From: Octopus vulgaris
Lineage: Eukaryota
DNA length: 64,000 nucleotides
NCBI GenBank assembly: GCA_951406725.2
Contig: OX597835.1
Location: 40,672,001 to 40,736,000, forward strand
Reading direction: 5' to 3'
In this document: piece by piece, positions 1 through 11,781 of the stretch
How the letters are laid out: each line of letters begins with the position of its first letter
Position numbering within the stretch: the first letter of the stretch is position 1
Position numbers and translations under genes: made by a program
Notes under the pieces: model-generated
What the model was told of the DNA's origin: nothing
Database searches by the model: none
What the model saw: only the letters and a program-made list of their open reading frames with translations

Positions 1-505
1 AAATCAAAATCAGAATCGCTGACGTGGCCGATGACAGTACTGCCTGATTGGCACTTGTGCCAGTGGAATGTTAAAAGCACATCCGAGCATGATCATTGCC
101 AGGGCCATGGATTGGCTCCAGTGCCGGTGGCATATAGAAAGCACCATTTGAACATGATCGTTGCTAGCGTCGCATTACTGGCACATGTGCCAGTGGCACG
201 TGAATAACAACTTTCGAGCGTGGTTGTTGCCAGTGCCACTGGACTGGCTCCCATGCAGTTAGCATGTAAAAAACGCTCTTTGAGTGTGGTCAATGCCAGA
301 ACCACCTGACTGGCCCTCGTGCCGGTGGCATGTAAGAGCACCCACTATACTCTCGGAGTGGTTGGTGTTAGAAATGGCGTCCAGCCGCAAAAGCTTTGCC
401 AGATCAGATTGAGCCTGGTGCAGCATTCTGGCTCACCAGTCTCCAGTCAAACCGTCCAACCCATGCCAGTATGGAAAATGGATGTTAAATGACGATGTCG
501 ATGAT
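1..505 (+). mobile_element. RTE-LINE 3' UTR/tail element (family C) with internal ~65-bp GTGCCGGTGGCAC repeats and (GAT)n tail
   Basis: Same family at approx. 748-895, 2910-3300(-), 4815-5140(-), 10690-10875, 10885-11285(-), 21355-21562(-), 24145-24595, 25098-25387(-), 32770-33388, 35865-36298, 40074-40325, 56455-57005, 57395-57793, 62093-62345(-); contiguous with RTE coding sequence at 50340-51450. Confidence 0.8.
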
Positions 506-517
506 ATATATATATAA

Positions 518-725
518 GGCGAGCTGACAGAACCATTAGCACGCCGAGCGAAATGCGTATCCATATTTCATCTACCGTTACGTTCTGAGTTCAAATTCTG
601 CCAAGGTCGATTTTACCTTTCGTCCTTTCGGGGTTGATAAATTAAGTACCAGTTACGCACTTAATCCATTTGTCTGTCTTTGTTTGTCCCTTCTATGTTT
701 AGCCCCTTGTAGGTAATAAAGAAAT
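518..725 (+). mobile_element. tRNA-derived SINE family B, monomer
   Basis: GGCGAGCTG head, B-box GTTCAAATT; other monomers at 21885-22103(-), 34582-34806(-), 42266-42490(-), 61021-61250(+), plus older decayed copies. Confidence 0.85.
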
Positions 726-981
726 ATATATATATATATATATATTTGGCGTTAGGAAGGGCATCCAGCCGTAGAAACACTGCCAGATCTGACTGGGCCT
801 GACGAAGCCTTCCAGCTTCACAGACCCCAGTTGAACCGTCCAACCCATGCTAGCATGGAGAACGGACGCTAAATGATGATGATGATGATGATGATATATA
901 TATATATATATATGTAGGTCCCGGGTTGAGTCGGGGTTAACCACAGTAAATAAGGTACTCAATACATAGCAGAGTAAATTA

Positions 982-1111
982 ATTTATTTTATAGAAGGAG
1001 CTTTACAGGACTAGAACTGTTTCATTCAAATGAAATCATTAGGAAGCTTCCTGATGATTTCATTTGAATGAAACAGTTCTAGTCCTGTAGAACTCTTTCT
1101 ATAAAATAAAT
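982..1111. repeat. 130-bp loopless palindrome
   Basis: 65-bp arms centred on AAG|CTT (1046/1047), 4 mismatches. Confidence 0.95.
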
Positions 1112-1161
<50 letters not shown>

Positions 1162-2061
1162 TACATACATACATACACATATATTCCTGAGCGTTATACT
1201 AATACATCTGTTTGTTTTCTACACCACCTGTCTTCGCCTTTTGTCTTTTTCGTGAATTCTCCCTATATATATGTATGTATATATATTTGGTCACACTGCC
1301 TTCATGAATTGCTGTGAGTCTGTTGCCATAAAATTCTATTAATTTGAATTGGGAGCTTGAGTCATAATGAAAGTTTCATATAAACACACACATATATATA
1401 CACATATATATATTGGATAATAAATCGTATGGTGTATCCTTGATAGCCTTCCGGTAAAGCAAGTTCAGCTTTGCAGTGTTCATTGGGTATTTTTGATTAA
1501 TGAGAGAGACGGAAGATGGAATAGAGAAGAACATTTATTGTAGAAACAATTGTAACGATCAATAAACATCCTTGTATCTTCCATCTCTCCCATTAATCAA
1601 ATACACACACACAGAAAGGAAGAGAGAGAGAAGGAGTGACACACACACAGACAAGCTATCTTATTACACATACATGTGTGTTTGTGTGTGTGTGTGTGTA
1701 CAAAAGCACTTCAGCATCCCATTATTGCACAATCTGCAGTTTGTGGCGGTCATATATCTTAGACATGACCAGTCGACATAATAACTTCACAATGGAACTC
1801 TCTGGATTTATCTTTGATCTGATACAAAGAGAAGAAACATAATTACGGTTGTTATACCACAACCACCACCACCACCACAATGAGCCAATGAAGAAATCTC
1901 TACATGACTGCTCTACCAGGTAGAAATAGCAACCAAATCCTCCTCAAATTACACCCCTGCCATCATTAAAAAAAAAAAAAAAAACCAAGAATTTTGATAA
2001 TGTTATTGTAAAGTCTTAGAAAAACAGAACTCATCTTTTGATATGGAACATAAACAAATAT

Positions 2062-2484
2062 GCGCAGGAGTGGCTGTGTGGTAAGTAGCTTGCTAACCAA
2101 CCACATGGTTCCAGGTTCAGACCCACTGCATGGCACCTTGGGCAAGTGTCTTCTACTATAGCCTCGGGCTAACCAAAGCCTTGTGAGTGGATTTGGTAGA
2201 CAGAAACTGAAAGAAGCCCATTGTATGTGTGTGTGTATGCCCGCATGTGTGTGTGTGTATGTATGTTTGTGTGTGTGTGTATGCGTGTGTGTGTGTGTTT
2301 GTGTGTCCCCAAACATCGCTTGACTTCGATGCTGGTCTGTTTACGTCCCCGTAACTTAGCGATTCGGCATAAGAGGCCAATAGAATAAGTACTAGGCTTG
2401 CAAAGGATAAGTCCTGGTGTTGATTTGCTCGACTATAGGTGGTGCTCCAGCATGGCCACAGTCAAAATGACTGAAATGAATAAA
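2062..2484 (+). mobile_element. tRNA-derived SINE family A (~410 bp, CORE-like CCTTGGGCAAGT, internal TA/TG microsatellite)
   Basis: A-box-like TGGCTGTGTGG, B-box-like GGTTCAG(A/T)CCC; family tail AGTAAAAG; more than 12 copies in the window. Confidence 0.85.
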
Positions 2485-3519
2485 TATGAGCAAGAAATGT
2501 TGATGTGATTTCTGAGATATCGCCTGAAGCAACCCTTTACAGTAACAATTGCTTAAGTTTCTGACCCCTTAGCATTTAAATCAGCCATATCTGACCGAAA
2601 CATTCTACCTGTTTTATGAACAGATCCAACTTCTCACACCTACCCGGCAATGTCATAAAAGATTTAAGAATCGCATCATCAAACTCTCAAAACTTTGCGA
2701 CAGTTAACTTATAATTAATTCAAACAATGTGAATAAAGAAGCACAGGCATGGCTGTGTGGTAAGAAGTTTGCTTCCAACCACAGGGTTCCGGGTTCAGTC
2801 CCACATCGTGGCATCTTGGGCAAGTGTCTTGTAGCATAGTCTCAGGCTGACCAAAGACTTGTGAGTAAATTTGTTAGATGGAAACTAAAAGAAGCCCATT
2901 GTATCTATCATCATCATCATCATCATAATTCAACGTCCGCTTTCCATGCTAGCATGGGATGGACGATTTGACTGAGGTCTGGTGAACCAGGCTCCAATCT
3001 GATCTGGCAGAGTCTCTACGATGTGACACAGGCACGAGGGCCAGTTTAGTGGTACTGGCAACGGCTACGCCCAAATGGTGTTTTTCACATGTCACCTGCA
3101 CAGGAGCCAGTCCAGAGGCACTGGCGATGACCTCGCTCGAATGTTTCACGTGCCAACAGCACAAGTGCTAGTAAGGCGATACGGTAACGATCACGCTCGA
3201 ATGGTGCGTTTAACGTGCCATCGGCACGAAGGCCAACTTGTTGCTCTGGCAACGACCTCACTTGTATGGTACTCTTAGCGCTCCACTGGCAACGGATGCC
3301 AATGTATGTATATATGTACAGATATGACTGCATCAGTGTTTGTGCCCCACCACCATTTCACAACAGGCATTGGTGTGTTTACATCCCTGTAACTTAGCAG
3401 TTCAGCAAAACAAACCAATGGAATAAGTACCAGGCTTTAAAAAGCAAAAAGGTCCTGGAGTTGATTCATTCAACTAAAAATTCTTGGCCACAGTCTAATG
3501 ACTGAAACAAGTAAAAGAT

Positions 3520-4062
3520 TCATTCATTCATTGTTCGACCGTGGTCGAGACAATGCAATTTACTGTTTCGCCAGACTTCACGGTCCATCATAGCATTACG
3601 GAGGTCCTGTTGCTGGATGCCTGTATCCCTGGAGATTACATCAGGGTAGGAGAGTGTGCACCCTCTGGTATCATGAGCAGATGGCTTCCAGAGGAGAAGA
3701 GTAGAAATTACCTCGTTTTCAGCTCTACAACAATGTCCAGCAAACTGGACTCTTCTACCTTTCACAAGAGATGACACAGGTGGTAGTTTCCCATATATTT
3801 GTACTTTGGTTGGATGACGCTTCCACGAGAGATTTTGAGCTCTCATAAGGAGGCGAGTGTAAGTTCTATCCAACTGCCTCTCAAGCTCCTTTGATAACGT
3901 CCAGGTTTCTGAGCCATAGAGTAGAATTGGTTCGACTGTGGCTTTGAAGATTTTAAGTTTGAAATCTCTACTTAGATTTGATGACCAGATCTTATGCATA
4001 TCATTACAAGCTGACCAGGCCATACCCTTTCTAGTTAGAAAATCTTTTTCAGATGATGATAT
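3520..4062 (-). mobile_element. 5'-truncated RTE-clade LINE, RT C-terminal region
   Basis: KLKIFKATVEPILLYGSETWTL...RRVQFAGHCCR...MMDREVWR; (GAAT)n tail. Confidence 0.85.
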
Positions 4063-4069
4063 GTATACT

Positions 4070-4279
4070 GTCTCTTTTACTCTTTTACTTGTTTCAGTCA
4101 TTTGACTGCGGCCATGCTGGAGCACCGCCTTTAGTCGAGCACATCGACCCTGGGACTTATTCTTTGTAAGCCCAGTACTTATTCTATCGGTCTCTTTTAC
4201 CAAACCGCTAAGTGACAGGGACATAAACACACCAGCATCGGTTGTCAAGCAATGCTAGGGGGCAAACACACACACACAA

Positions 4280-4310
<31 letters not shown>

Positions 4311-4483
4311 CATACATATACGACAGGCTTCTTTCAGTTTCCATCTACCAAATCCACTCACAAGGCTTTGGTTGGCCCGAGGCTATAGCAGAAGACACTT
4401 GACCAAGGTGCCACGCAGTGGGACTGAACCTGGAACCTGTAGTTGGTTAGCAAGCTACTTACCACACAGCCACTCCTGCGCCT
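4070..4483 (-). mobile_element. SINE family A
   Basis: Reverse complement of the 2062-2484 family. Confidence 0.9.
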
Positions 4484-5153
4484 ATGTAATCAGAAACCAT
4501 ATTTAAGTAAAAGATAGATTACATTTGACAGAGGAATCTGAATGCTAAAGAGTTGGATGAGCAAAACACCACTGGAAAATTTGTTGAGAACATACGGAGA
4601 AGACAACAGGTTAAGTTCATTAGAGATCAGAAAGAGAAAGCCTTGACCACAGAGAGACAACTGGAAAACTGAAAAGAGAAAGGAAGAGGACACCAGAGAG
4701 AGAAGACTTACGAGTGAGGCATCAGCTGAATAACTTGCTAAATTGTGCATGGGACAGGACAAGGGAGAGGTCAGTGTGATGGGTGTGATATGTGCAATTG
4801 TGTATGACAGTAACATCATCATCATCATTTAGCATCCGCTTTCCATGCTGGCATGGGTTGGACGGTTCAACTGGGGTCTGGGAGGCCAGAAGGCTGCACC
4901 AGGCCCAGTCTGATCTGGCAATGTTTCTACGGCTGGATGCCTTTCCATGAGTGTAGTGGGTGCTTTTTATGTGCCACAGGGGGCTGGCAAATGGCCATGG
5001 TCGGATGGTGCTTTTTACGTGCCACCAGCACAGGGGCCAGGCAAGTCTGGCAAACGGCCATGACCGGATGGTGTTTTTTACGTGCCACCAGCACGGATGC
5101 CCGTCGGGGTGGCACTGGCAACGGCCATGTTCAGATGGTTGAATACAGGTAAC

Positions 5154-5307
5154 TATGAGGCGGTGACTGAAAAATTCCTGGCTTTAAGGGCATCGCAAAA
5201 GGCCCGGCTTGAGGCTCAGAATTCTGAGTTCTTGTACAGGGCTTAAAAAAAACGAAGAACTATATTTCTTTTTTTCCAAAGCTAGGAACTTCTCAGCACC
5301 CCCTTAT
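5154..5307. mobile_element. Mariner-type MITE
   Basis: Degenerate TIRs of the type GAGGGGTGCTGAAAAGTTCCTGGCTTT, TA flanks; related copies at 17826-18048, 45385-45606 and partial 19410-19440. Confidence 0.7.
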
Positions 5308-5599
5308 GTGCGCTTCTGAAATATGAACTGCGAATGGAGATGAGGTGGCACACATCCATGGCAATGAACCATGGGCTGTAAATATAGATTATGATATGAG
5401 GAGTGGAGAAGCAGTGAGACACTTTACTGCAGTGAATCATGCGGAGTGAATTAGGTGCTGGGTCTGCTGTGGTAAAAGAAGAAGATCGTTATGCAGTCTA
5501 ATTATTTGGTGTGCATCGTTAACATAGGAGAAAGGCTTTGTAATGAAGAGTTGAGGAAAATGAGAAGACATCAAGATAAACCCAGCAAGTTAGGGATCA

Positions 5600-6140
5600 G
5601 ATAATAATGAAATTATTGTATGCAGTGCTCAGGTGCACCACAACTTGTCAAAAGTGCGTATAAAGCATATGCAGTAATGTACAAATGTCTGGGAAGTGAA
5701 CAGTGTATGAGTCAGATACATGCTTGTGTGTGTATGGAGGGAGAAAATCAGGTGTAGTGTTGGCGAATCTCAGGAAGCATGGAAGTTTTGAAGGATGCAG
5801 TGCTCTGACAAGTAACAACTGATGCCGGCAGTTTGTTCCATGCTTCAGCAACTCTCATCGTGAAAAAATGTTTCCTGAAGTCATGGGAGCTGTGCTGTTT
5901 TCTGACTTTGTAAATATGTCCACGGGCGTTAGACGGGTGGAGTTTGAAAAGGTGCTCAGAGTTATTGTTTGTAAGATGGTTAATAATTTTATGGGTGTCT
6001 GCCAAGTCAGCTGCCAGACGTTGGAGTTTCAATGTGTCCATGCCCAGGGAATTAAGGCGTTCAGAGTATGGCAAATGCCTGATGGAGGGTATTCTTCTGG
6101 TTGCATGTTGCTGAACGGCTTCCAGACGATTAATAGATGT
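5600..6140 (-). mobile_element. CR1/Jockey-group LINE 3' fragment
   Basis: PYSERLNSLGMDTL...RGHIYKV...RKHFFTMRVAEAWNKLP; same family at 35015-35335(+), 39328-39563(+), 49770-50320(-). Confidence 0.85.
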
Positions 6141-6947
6141 AAGTCAATTGCCATTTGATAGGAAATAAATGTGAATAGATTGTAAAGAGAATAAGGGGGT
6201 TGTTGATGGTTAATGAAATAAACAGGGAGTAAAGTAGTTCAACATTGTCTACGAGAATTTATAGAAGAATTGTGGAGACATTATGTTAGGAAGACATTAT
6301 TATTATTATTAATATGGAGACATTTATATTAAGAGACATTATTTCAAACCTATTCCAATTACACTGGCAGGAATATAAAACATGATTTACATAAAAAAGC
6401 AGTTTCATATTACATCAGGAATCAATTCATTTGTGTGTGTGTGTGTGTGTCTGTGTGTGTATGTGTTCGAGAGTGTGTGTGTGTGTGTGTATGTATGTGT
6501 TTGAGTGTGTGTGTGCGTGTGTGTGTGTCTATGTGTGTGTGTGTGTCTGTGTGTGTGTGTCTGTGTGTGTGTGTGTGTGTATTGTTTAGATAGCTGTGTT
6601 CTCTTGAAGCATATCTGCTTATTGCATTAGTACAATCCAATATGTAGTCTCAGTTGCTGCAGTAAGTTAGTTCAAAATACCTATTAAAACTGAGATTTAT
6701 GGAAACAGTTGCAGAGTTATTGTATACCAAAAGATGGAATTGGAAGTTGTTTGGTATTATTTATTCACCATGACATGAGTTTCATTTACTAATAGGAATT
6801 ACAAAATATTACTACATATTAGATGGACATGTAAGAAATGTCCTATTAGAAATTCCTAACGTATCTTTCTAAATTTCCTTTTAGCAAGTGACATACGTGT
6901 AATGGTGAATAAATGGCACGAAACAATTACCAATTTCCTCCTTTGTT

Positions 6948-7272
6948 TTATATATATATATATATAAAGATATACATATATACATACACATATACATACA
7001 TACACATATACATGCATATACACATGCATATACATATATATATATACATCTACATACATATATATATATACATATATACATATACACACACATATATACA
7101 TATATACATACGCATATATATATGTATATATACATATGTATATATATACAAACATATATACATACATAAACACACATATACATACACATATATACCTATA
7201 TATATATATATAAAACATATACATATACACACATATACATATATATACATACATATACATATATATACATAC

Positions 7273-7369
<97 letters not shown>

Positions 7370-7409
7370 CATATATATATACATACATATATGCATATAT
7401 ACATATATG

Positions 7410-7459
<50 letters not shown>

Positions 7460-7462
7460 TAT
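6948..7462. repeat. Compound (TA)/(CA)/(TACA) microsatellite
   Basis: Direct inspection; source of several spurious ORFs. Confidence 0.95.
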
Positions 7463-7464
7463 AC

Positions 7465-7900
7465 CTGCTCAGAGGCCTACACAAATTTTTGAAAAAAAAT
7501 TTCATTGCATTCTTGACACAATCAAGGAGATCTTGAGCAACTGAAACCCCAGGGTCTTTTTCTTCAGCTGAAAGCAGTTTTGACACAAACTTGGCAGACA
7601 TGCATCTCATACTCAAACCTTCAGTAATAATGGACAGAACTGAACCGTAACTAATCTGTACATCCTCTCACAACTCACGGATGGTGATTCCATGATTTTC
7701 CCCTCACAGCTACATGCATATCAGCGATGTTTTTCTTAGTTCTGCTGGTAGCGAGTCTCCCAAAATGTTTGTCAATATCAACATTCTTCTGGCCGTCTTG
7801 GAAACGTCTGAACCACTCATACACTTGTGTGTGACTCATACACTCCTCTTCATGCACTTTCTGCAACTTTGCATAGGCATCTGAGCAGGTATCGCCATGA
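7465..7900 (-). pseudogene. Degraded mariner transposase N-terminal remnant
   Basis: MSHTQVYEWFRRFQDG...GRLATSRT and MSAKFVSKLLS motifs, with frameshifts. Confidence 0.75.
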
Positions 7901-8162
7901 CAACTTTCCCTGTCATGACCAATGCAATGATCACATACTACATGTGTGTCTGTGTGCGTATTATAACACTTGACTAATATCATAAAATGTTCAACAAGAA
8001 TCATTTTCTGAATTCATTAGTAAAAGTACTTTAATTGAAAATCGATTTTATGCAAATTTTAACAACAATAAGAAATAAAACCTTATCACAACCAAGAACA
8101 AAACTAGAACCCCCCCCCCAAAAAAAAACAAAAGAAAAACTCAGCACCGAAGCAGAACTTAC

Positions 8163-8415
8163 TTTGATATTGTCCTGTGATAAGCCAGGAACTTATTATG
8201 GCCAATAATCCACTAAAGAGGAAACCCTCGATCATCCAGTAGAAATCCAAATAAAAGAATCGAAGAGGAAATACAAGGAATGTCCAGACAAGATATGGCG
8301 GAATGGCATAGATTGTGGTTAGAACCATCCATACTATGCGCAGAAGGTGTCCAATGATGCGAAATGGTAACGGAAGGCTGGTCACATGAGGAAGAATATT
8401 GTACACATCAAGCAT
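8163..8415 (-). CDS. LPGAT1: Coding exon of an LPGAT1-like lysophospholipid acyltransferase (N-terminal membrane segment); catalytic exons not found in window
   Basis: Minus strand: poly-T tract + TTCAG acceptor directly before ATG (8415); donor AAA|GTAAGT after 8163 (phase 1). Peptide LLRIVWMVLTTIYAIPPYLVWTFLVFPLRFFYLDFYWMIEGFLFSGLLAIISSWLITGQYQ aligns by eye with vertebrate LPGAT1 LMRFAFMVVNNLVAIPSYICYVIILQPLRVLDSKRFWYIEGIMYKWLLGMVASWGWYAGYT (recalled). Confidence 0.85.
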
Positions 8416-8672
8416 CTGAAAAAAAAAATGAAAAAAGAAATTTAAAAAAAAAGATATTTATATTATAAAAAATTAGAAACTTCAAGAGAATAAAATAATT
8501 TGTTTTTAACAGTAGAACTCGAAGTAGATAAAGCTATAAGTAATAGTGTGTAAATATTGGGGTAAAAAACCCATTTAGATAAAAAAAAAAGTCAAAGGCT
8601 TTCTGTAGAATATAAACGCACATCTTCTGTAGGCAAGAGAGAATGGTTCTACCATAATTAGAAACAACATTA

Positions 8673-9074
8673 AGCGTAGGAGTGGCTGTGTGGTAAGTAG
8701 CTTGCTTACCAACCAGATGGTTCCGGGTTCAGTCCCGCTGCGTGGCACCTTGGGCAAGTGTCTTCTACTATAGCCTCGGGCCGACCAAAGCCTTGTGAGT
8801 GGATTTGGTAGACGGAAACTGAAAGAAGCCCGTCGTATATATGTATATATATATATGTGTGTGCATGTATGTTTGTGTGTCTGTGTTTGTCCCCCAACAT
8901 CGCTTGACAACCGATGCTGGTGTGTTTATGTCCCCGTCACTTAGCGGTTCGGCAAAAGAGACCGATAGAATAAGTACTGGGCTTACAAAGAATAAGTCTC
9001 GGGGTCGAGTTGCTCTACTAAAGGCGGTGCTCCAGCATGGCCGCAGTCAAATGACTGAAACAAGTAAAAGAGTA
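8673..9074 (+). mobile_element. SINE family A
   Basis: Full-length copy. Confidence 0.9.
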
Positions 9075-10107
9075 ACATCAGTTTGCAGAGTCATTAAGAA
9101 AAGACAAAAATAAAATCTGGACATTGCATGGTGGCTGTAAATGAGTATCACCTTCATACAGGTGAGGTTGTTTGTTTCCAGTCTTCCATGAAAAATATGT
9201 CTGGTCATGGGGAAATTATAACCCTAGCACCTGACCCTGATCCTGCAGTAAATCCAGGATGAGAGGAAGGGCTGCACCAATGATGGACTGGTATCTTGTT
9301 TGTCAACTCTGAAAGGATGGAAAGGTAAAGTTAGATTTACCTTTCCAGCCAACAGGTAAAAAGGAAAGATGAAAAGGTAAAGATGGATTTGTCCATCGAA
9401 TAGGAAAGGTAAAGTTGACTTCAACAGGATTTGAATTCAGTGTGCAAAAAGCCAGAATAATTGACACTCATTCTATTCAACACCTTAATGACTTCTAATC
9501 AATTATCTCCTGTGCATGTATGTGTGTTTAGGTTTGCATATACCATCATTATTATTGTTGTTTGACATCCACTTTTCCTTGCTTGCATTGGTCAAATGGA
9601 ATTTGTTGAGGTTTCTATGGCTGAGTGCCCTTTCGATTGCCAACCCTCACCTGTTTCCAAGTCAGGTAATATTTCTCCATGACCAGACATGTTTTCTGGG
9701 AAAAATGGAAATGAAGGACACTGCTTACATGACCGTGACACTCGTTTACAGCTATCGGATGATGTTAAGGCAAGGAAACAGTAATACACACACATATGCA
9801 CACACAGAGGAAGGGCTTCTTTCAGTTTCCATCTACCAAATTCACTCATAAGGCAGTGATTGACCTGGACTACAAAAAAGACACTTGCTTAAGGTGCCAT
9901 GCAGTGGGACTGAACCTGAAACCTTGGAATTGGAAAGCAAACTTCTTATCACACAGCCATGCCTGCACCATATAAGGGTGCATAAATTTCATCAAGTTAC
10001 AACGCTTTATATCATAGGGGTAGTTTAGTCATTTAACAGAATAACTCTTGCAAACTTCCATTCCTGCCCACCCACCCAGTCCAATTTTGTGTAACACTCA
10101 TCTTTTC

Positions 10108-10507
10108 TCTTTTACTTTCACTTGTTTCAGTCATTTGACTGTGGCCATGCTGGAGCACTGCCTTTAGTCAAGCAAACTGACCCCAGGACTTATTCTTTGT
10201 AAGCCTAGTACTTATTCTATCAGTCCCTTTTGCCGAACCACTAAGTTACGGGTACGCAAACACACCACCATCGGTGGTCAAGCAATGTTGGGGGAGACAA
10301 ACACAGACACACAAACATATACACACACATACACATATATATACATATATACGACGGGCTTCTTTTAGTTTCCGCCTACCAAAACTACTCACAAGGCTTT
10401 GGTTGGCCCGAGGCTATAGTAGAAGACACTTGCCCAAGGTGCAATGCAGTGGGAATGAACCTGCAGCCATGTGGTTGGTAAGCAAGCTACTTACCACACA
10501 GCCACTC
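10108..10507 (-). mobile_element. SINE family A
   Basis: Near full-length reverse copy; further copies at 14250-14654(-), 18118-18534(-), 29382-29792(-), 52203-52585(+), 52989-53407(+), 55422-55797(-), 60321-60740(+). Confidence 0.9.
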
Positions 10508-11781
10508 TAACACATCTTCATCACCATCTTCTCTCTTTTCCAACTGAGGTGGCCATGTATCTGCTCCTACAGCAAGACACCTGTTTCTGTGCCTCTTTTA
10601 TACTTTAATCTCTCAACACCAGGAATAAAGTCATTTCCTTCGATACTACACCCTTGACTTAGTTGAGGAAGCTTGTTTTGCAAGTTACTTGGTAACCTCA
10701 CTCATGCTGGTGCCATGTAAAAAAGCACAGTAAAGAACAGACCAGAGCACACTCTGTAAAATGGCTGGTATTAAGAAGAGCATCCAGTCATAGGAACCAT
10801 GCAAAAGCAGATATTGCTGGTTCTTGTCATACCTCCAACCCATGCCAGCATGGAAAAATGGATGTTAAATGATGACAACACTGATCATCATCATCATCAT
10901 CATCGTTTAACATCCGCTTTCCATGGGTTGGACGATTTGACTGAGGACTGGCAAACCAGATGGCTGCACCAGGCTTCAATCTTGATCTGGCAGAGTTTCT
11001 ACAGCTGGATGCCCTTCCTAACGCCAACCACTCTGAGAGTGTAGTGGGTGCTTTTACATGCCACCAGCACGGGGCCAGTCAGGCGGTACTGGCAATGACC
11101 TTGCTCGAATCTTTTACACATGCCACCGGCACAGGTGCCAGTAAGGCGATGCTGGTAATGATCACGCTCAAATGGTGTCTTTTACGTGCCACCAGCACAG
11201 AGGCCAGATAGCTGCTCTGGGAACAATCACGCTAGGATGGTGCTCTTAACACCCTACCAGCATGGGCTCGAGTGCCAGTAAGGCTGATGATGCTAACTCA
11301 CTAAAAGTCTTGAAAGCATTACTCCAAGATGCTGCAATCCCAGGATGCAGCAGTCAAATGATTAGAATTGGTAAATAATAACAAAAAAATGAACTGATTT
11401 TCCAGTTTTGGTACTTTGTTCACTTCTACTTATTTGACCCAACAAGGAAGTCTCTGGTTGATTGCTCAACCTACAAGAAACAGCAGCCAAATCTCCATCA
11501 AATCAGATCCTACTGTCTTCAAAAGACAACCACAATAAAGAACAAATGACTTGACTTGACAGCATACACCCGGGGTGGGTTGAGCTGCCTTCATTCATCC
11601 TCAATGCTGCATCTCTCAGAAACGCCAACCAGGCCTGGCGATTTGAGGCTAACAACTGCGTGATCTCCAACTGCTCCCTATTCCAGCAGTGAACGCCGTA
11701 GACATGGGGGCCTAGGTTGGGTTCCAGATCAGCCTTGACTGTCATCACATGGCTAGTATTAATGTAGTTACTGAAAGACTA

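Noticed and set aside
1542-1568. Shared AGAAACAATTGTAA motif with 44853-44866 (SOX-like palindrome)
   Set aside because: A 14-bp AT-rich match is plausible by chance in 64 kb; no further support.
1720-1818. Possible next LPGAT1 exon (good minus-strand acceptor before 1818)
   Set aside because: Joining to the phase-1 donor gives an almost immediate stop, and no frame resembles the NHQxxxD acyltransferase region.
1966-2316. Recurrent peptide [29 protein letters not shown] suggesting a gene family
   Set aside because: Antisense translation of SINE family A.
6856-7616. Long ORFs rich in Y/I/C/V/M/H/T (also at 18.9, 22.5, 27.5, 48.3, 51.4 and 61.9 kb)
   Set aside because: Translations of microsatellites.
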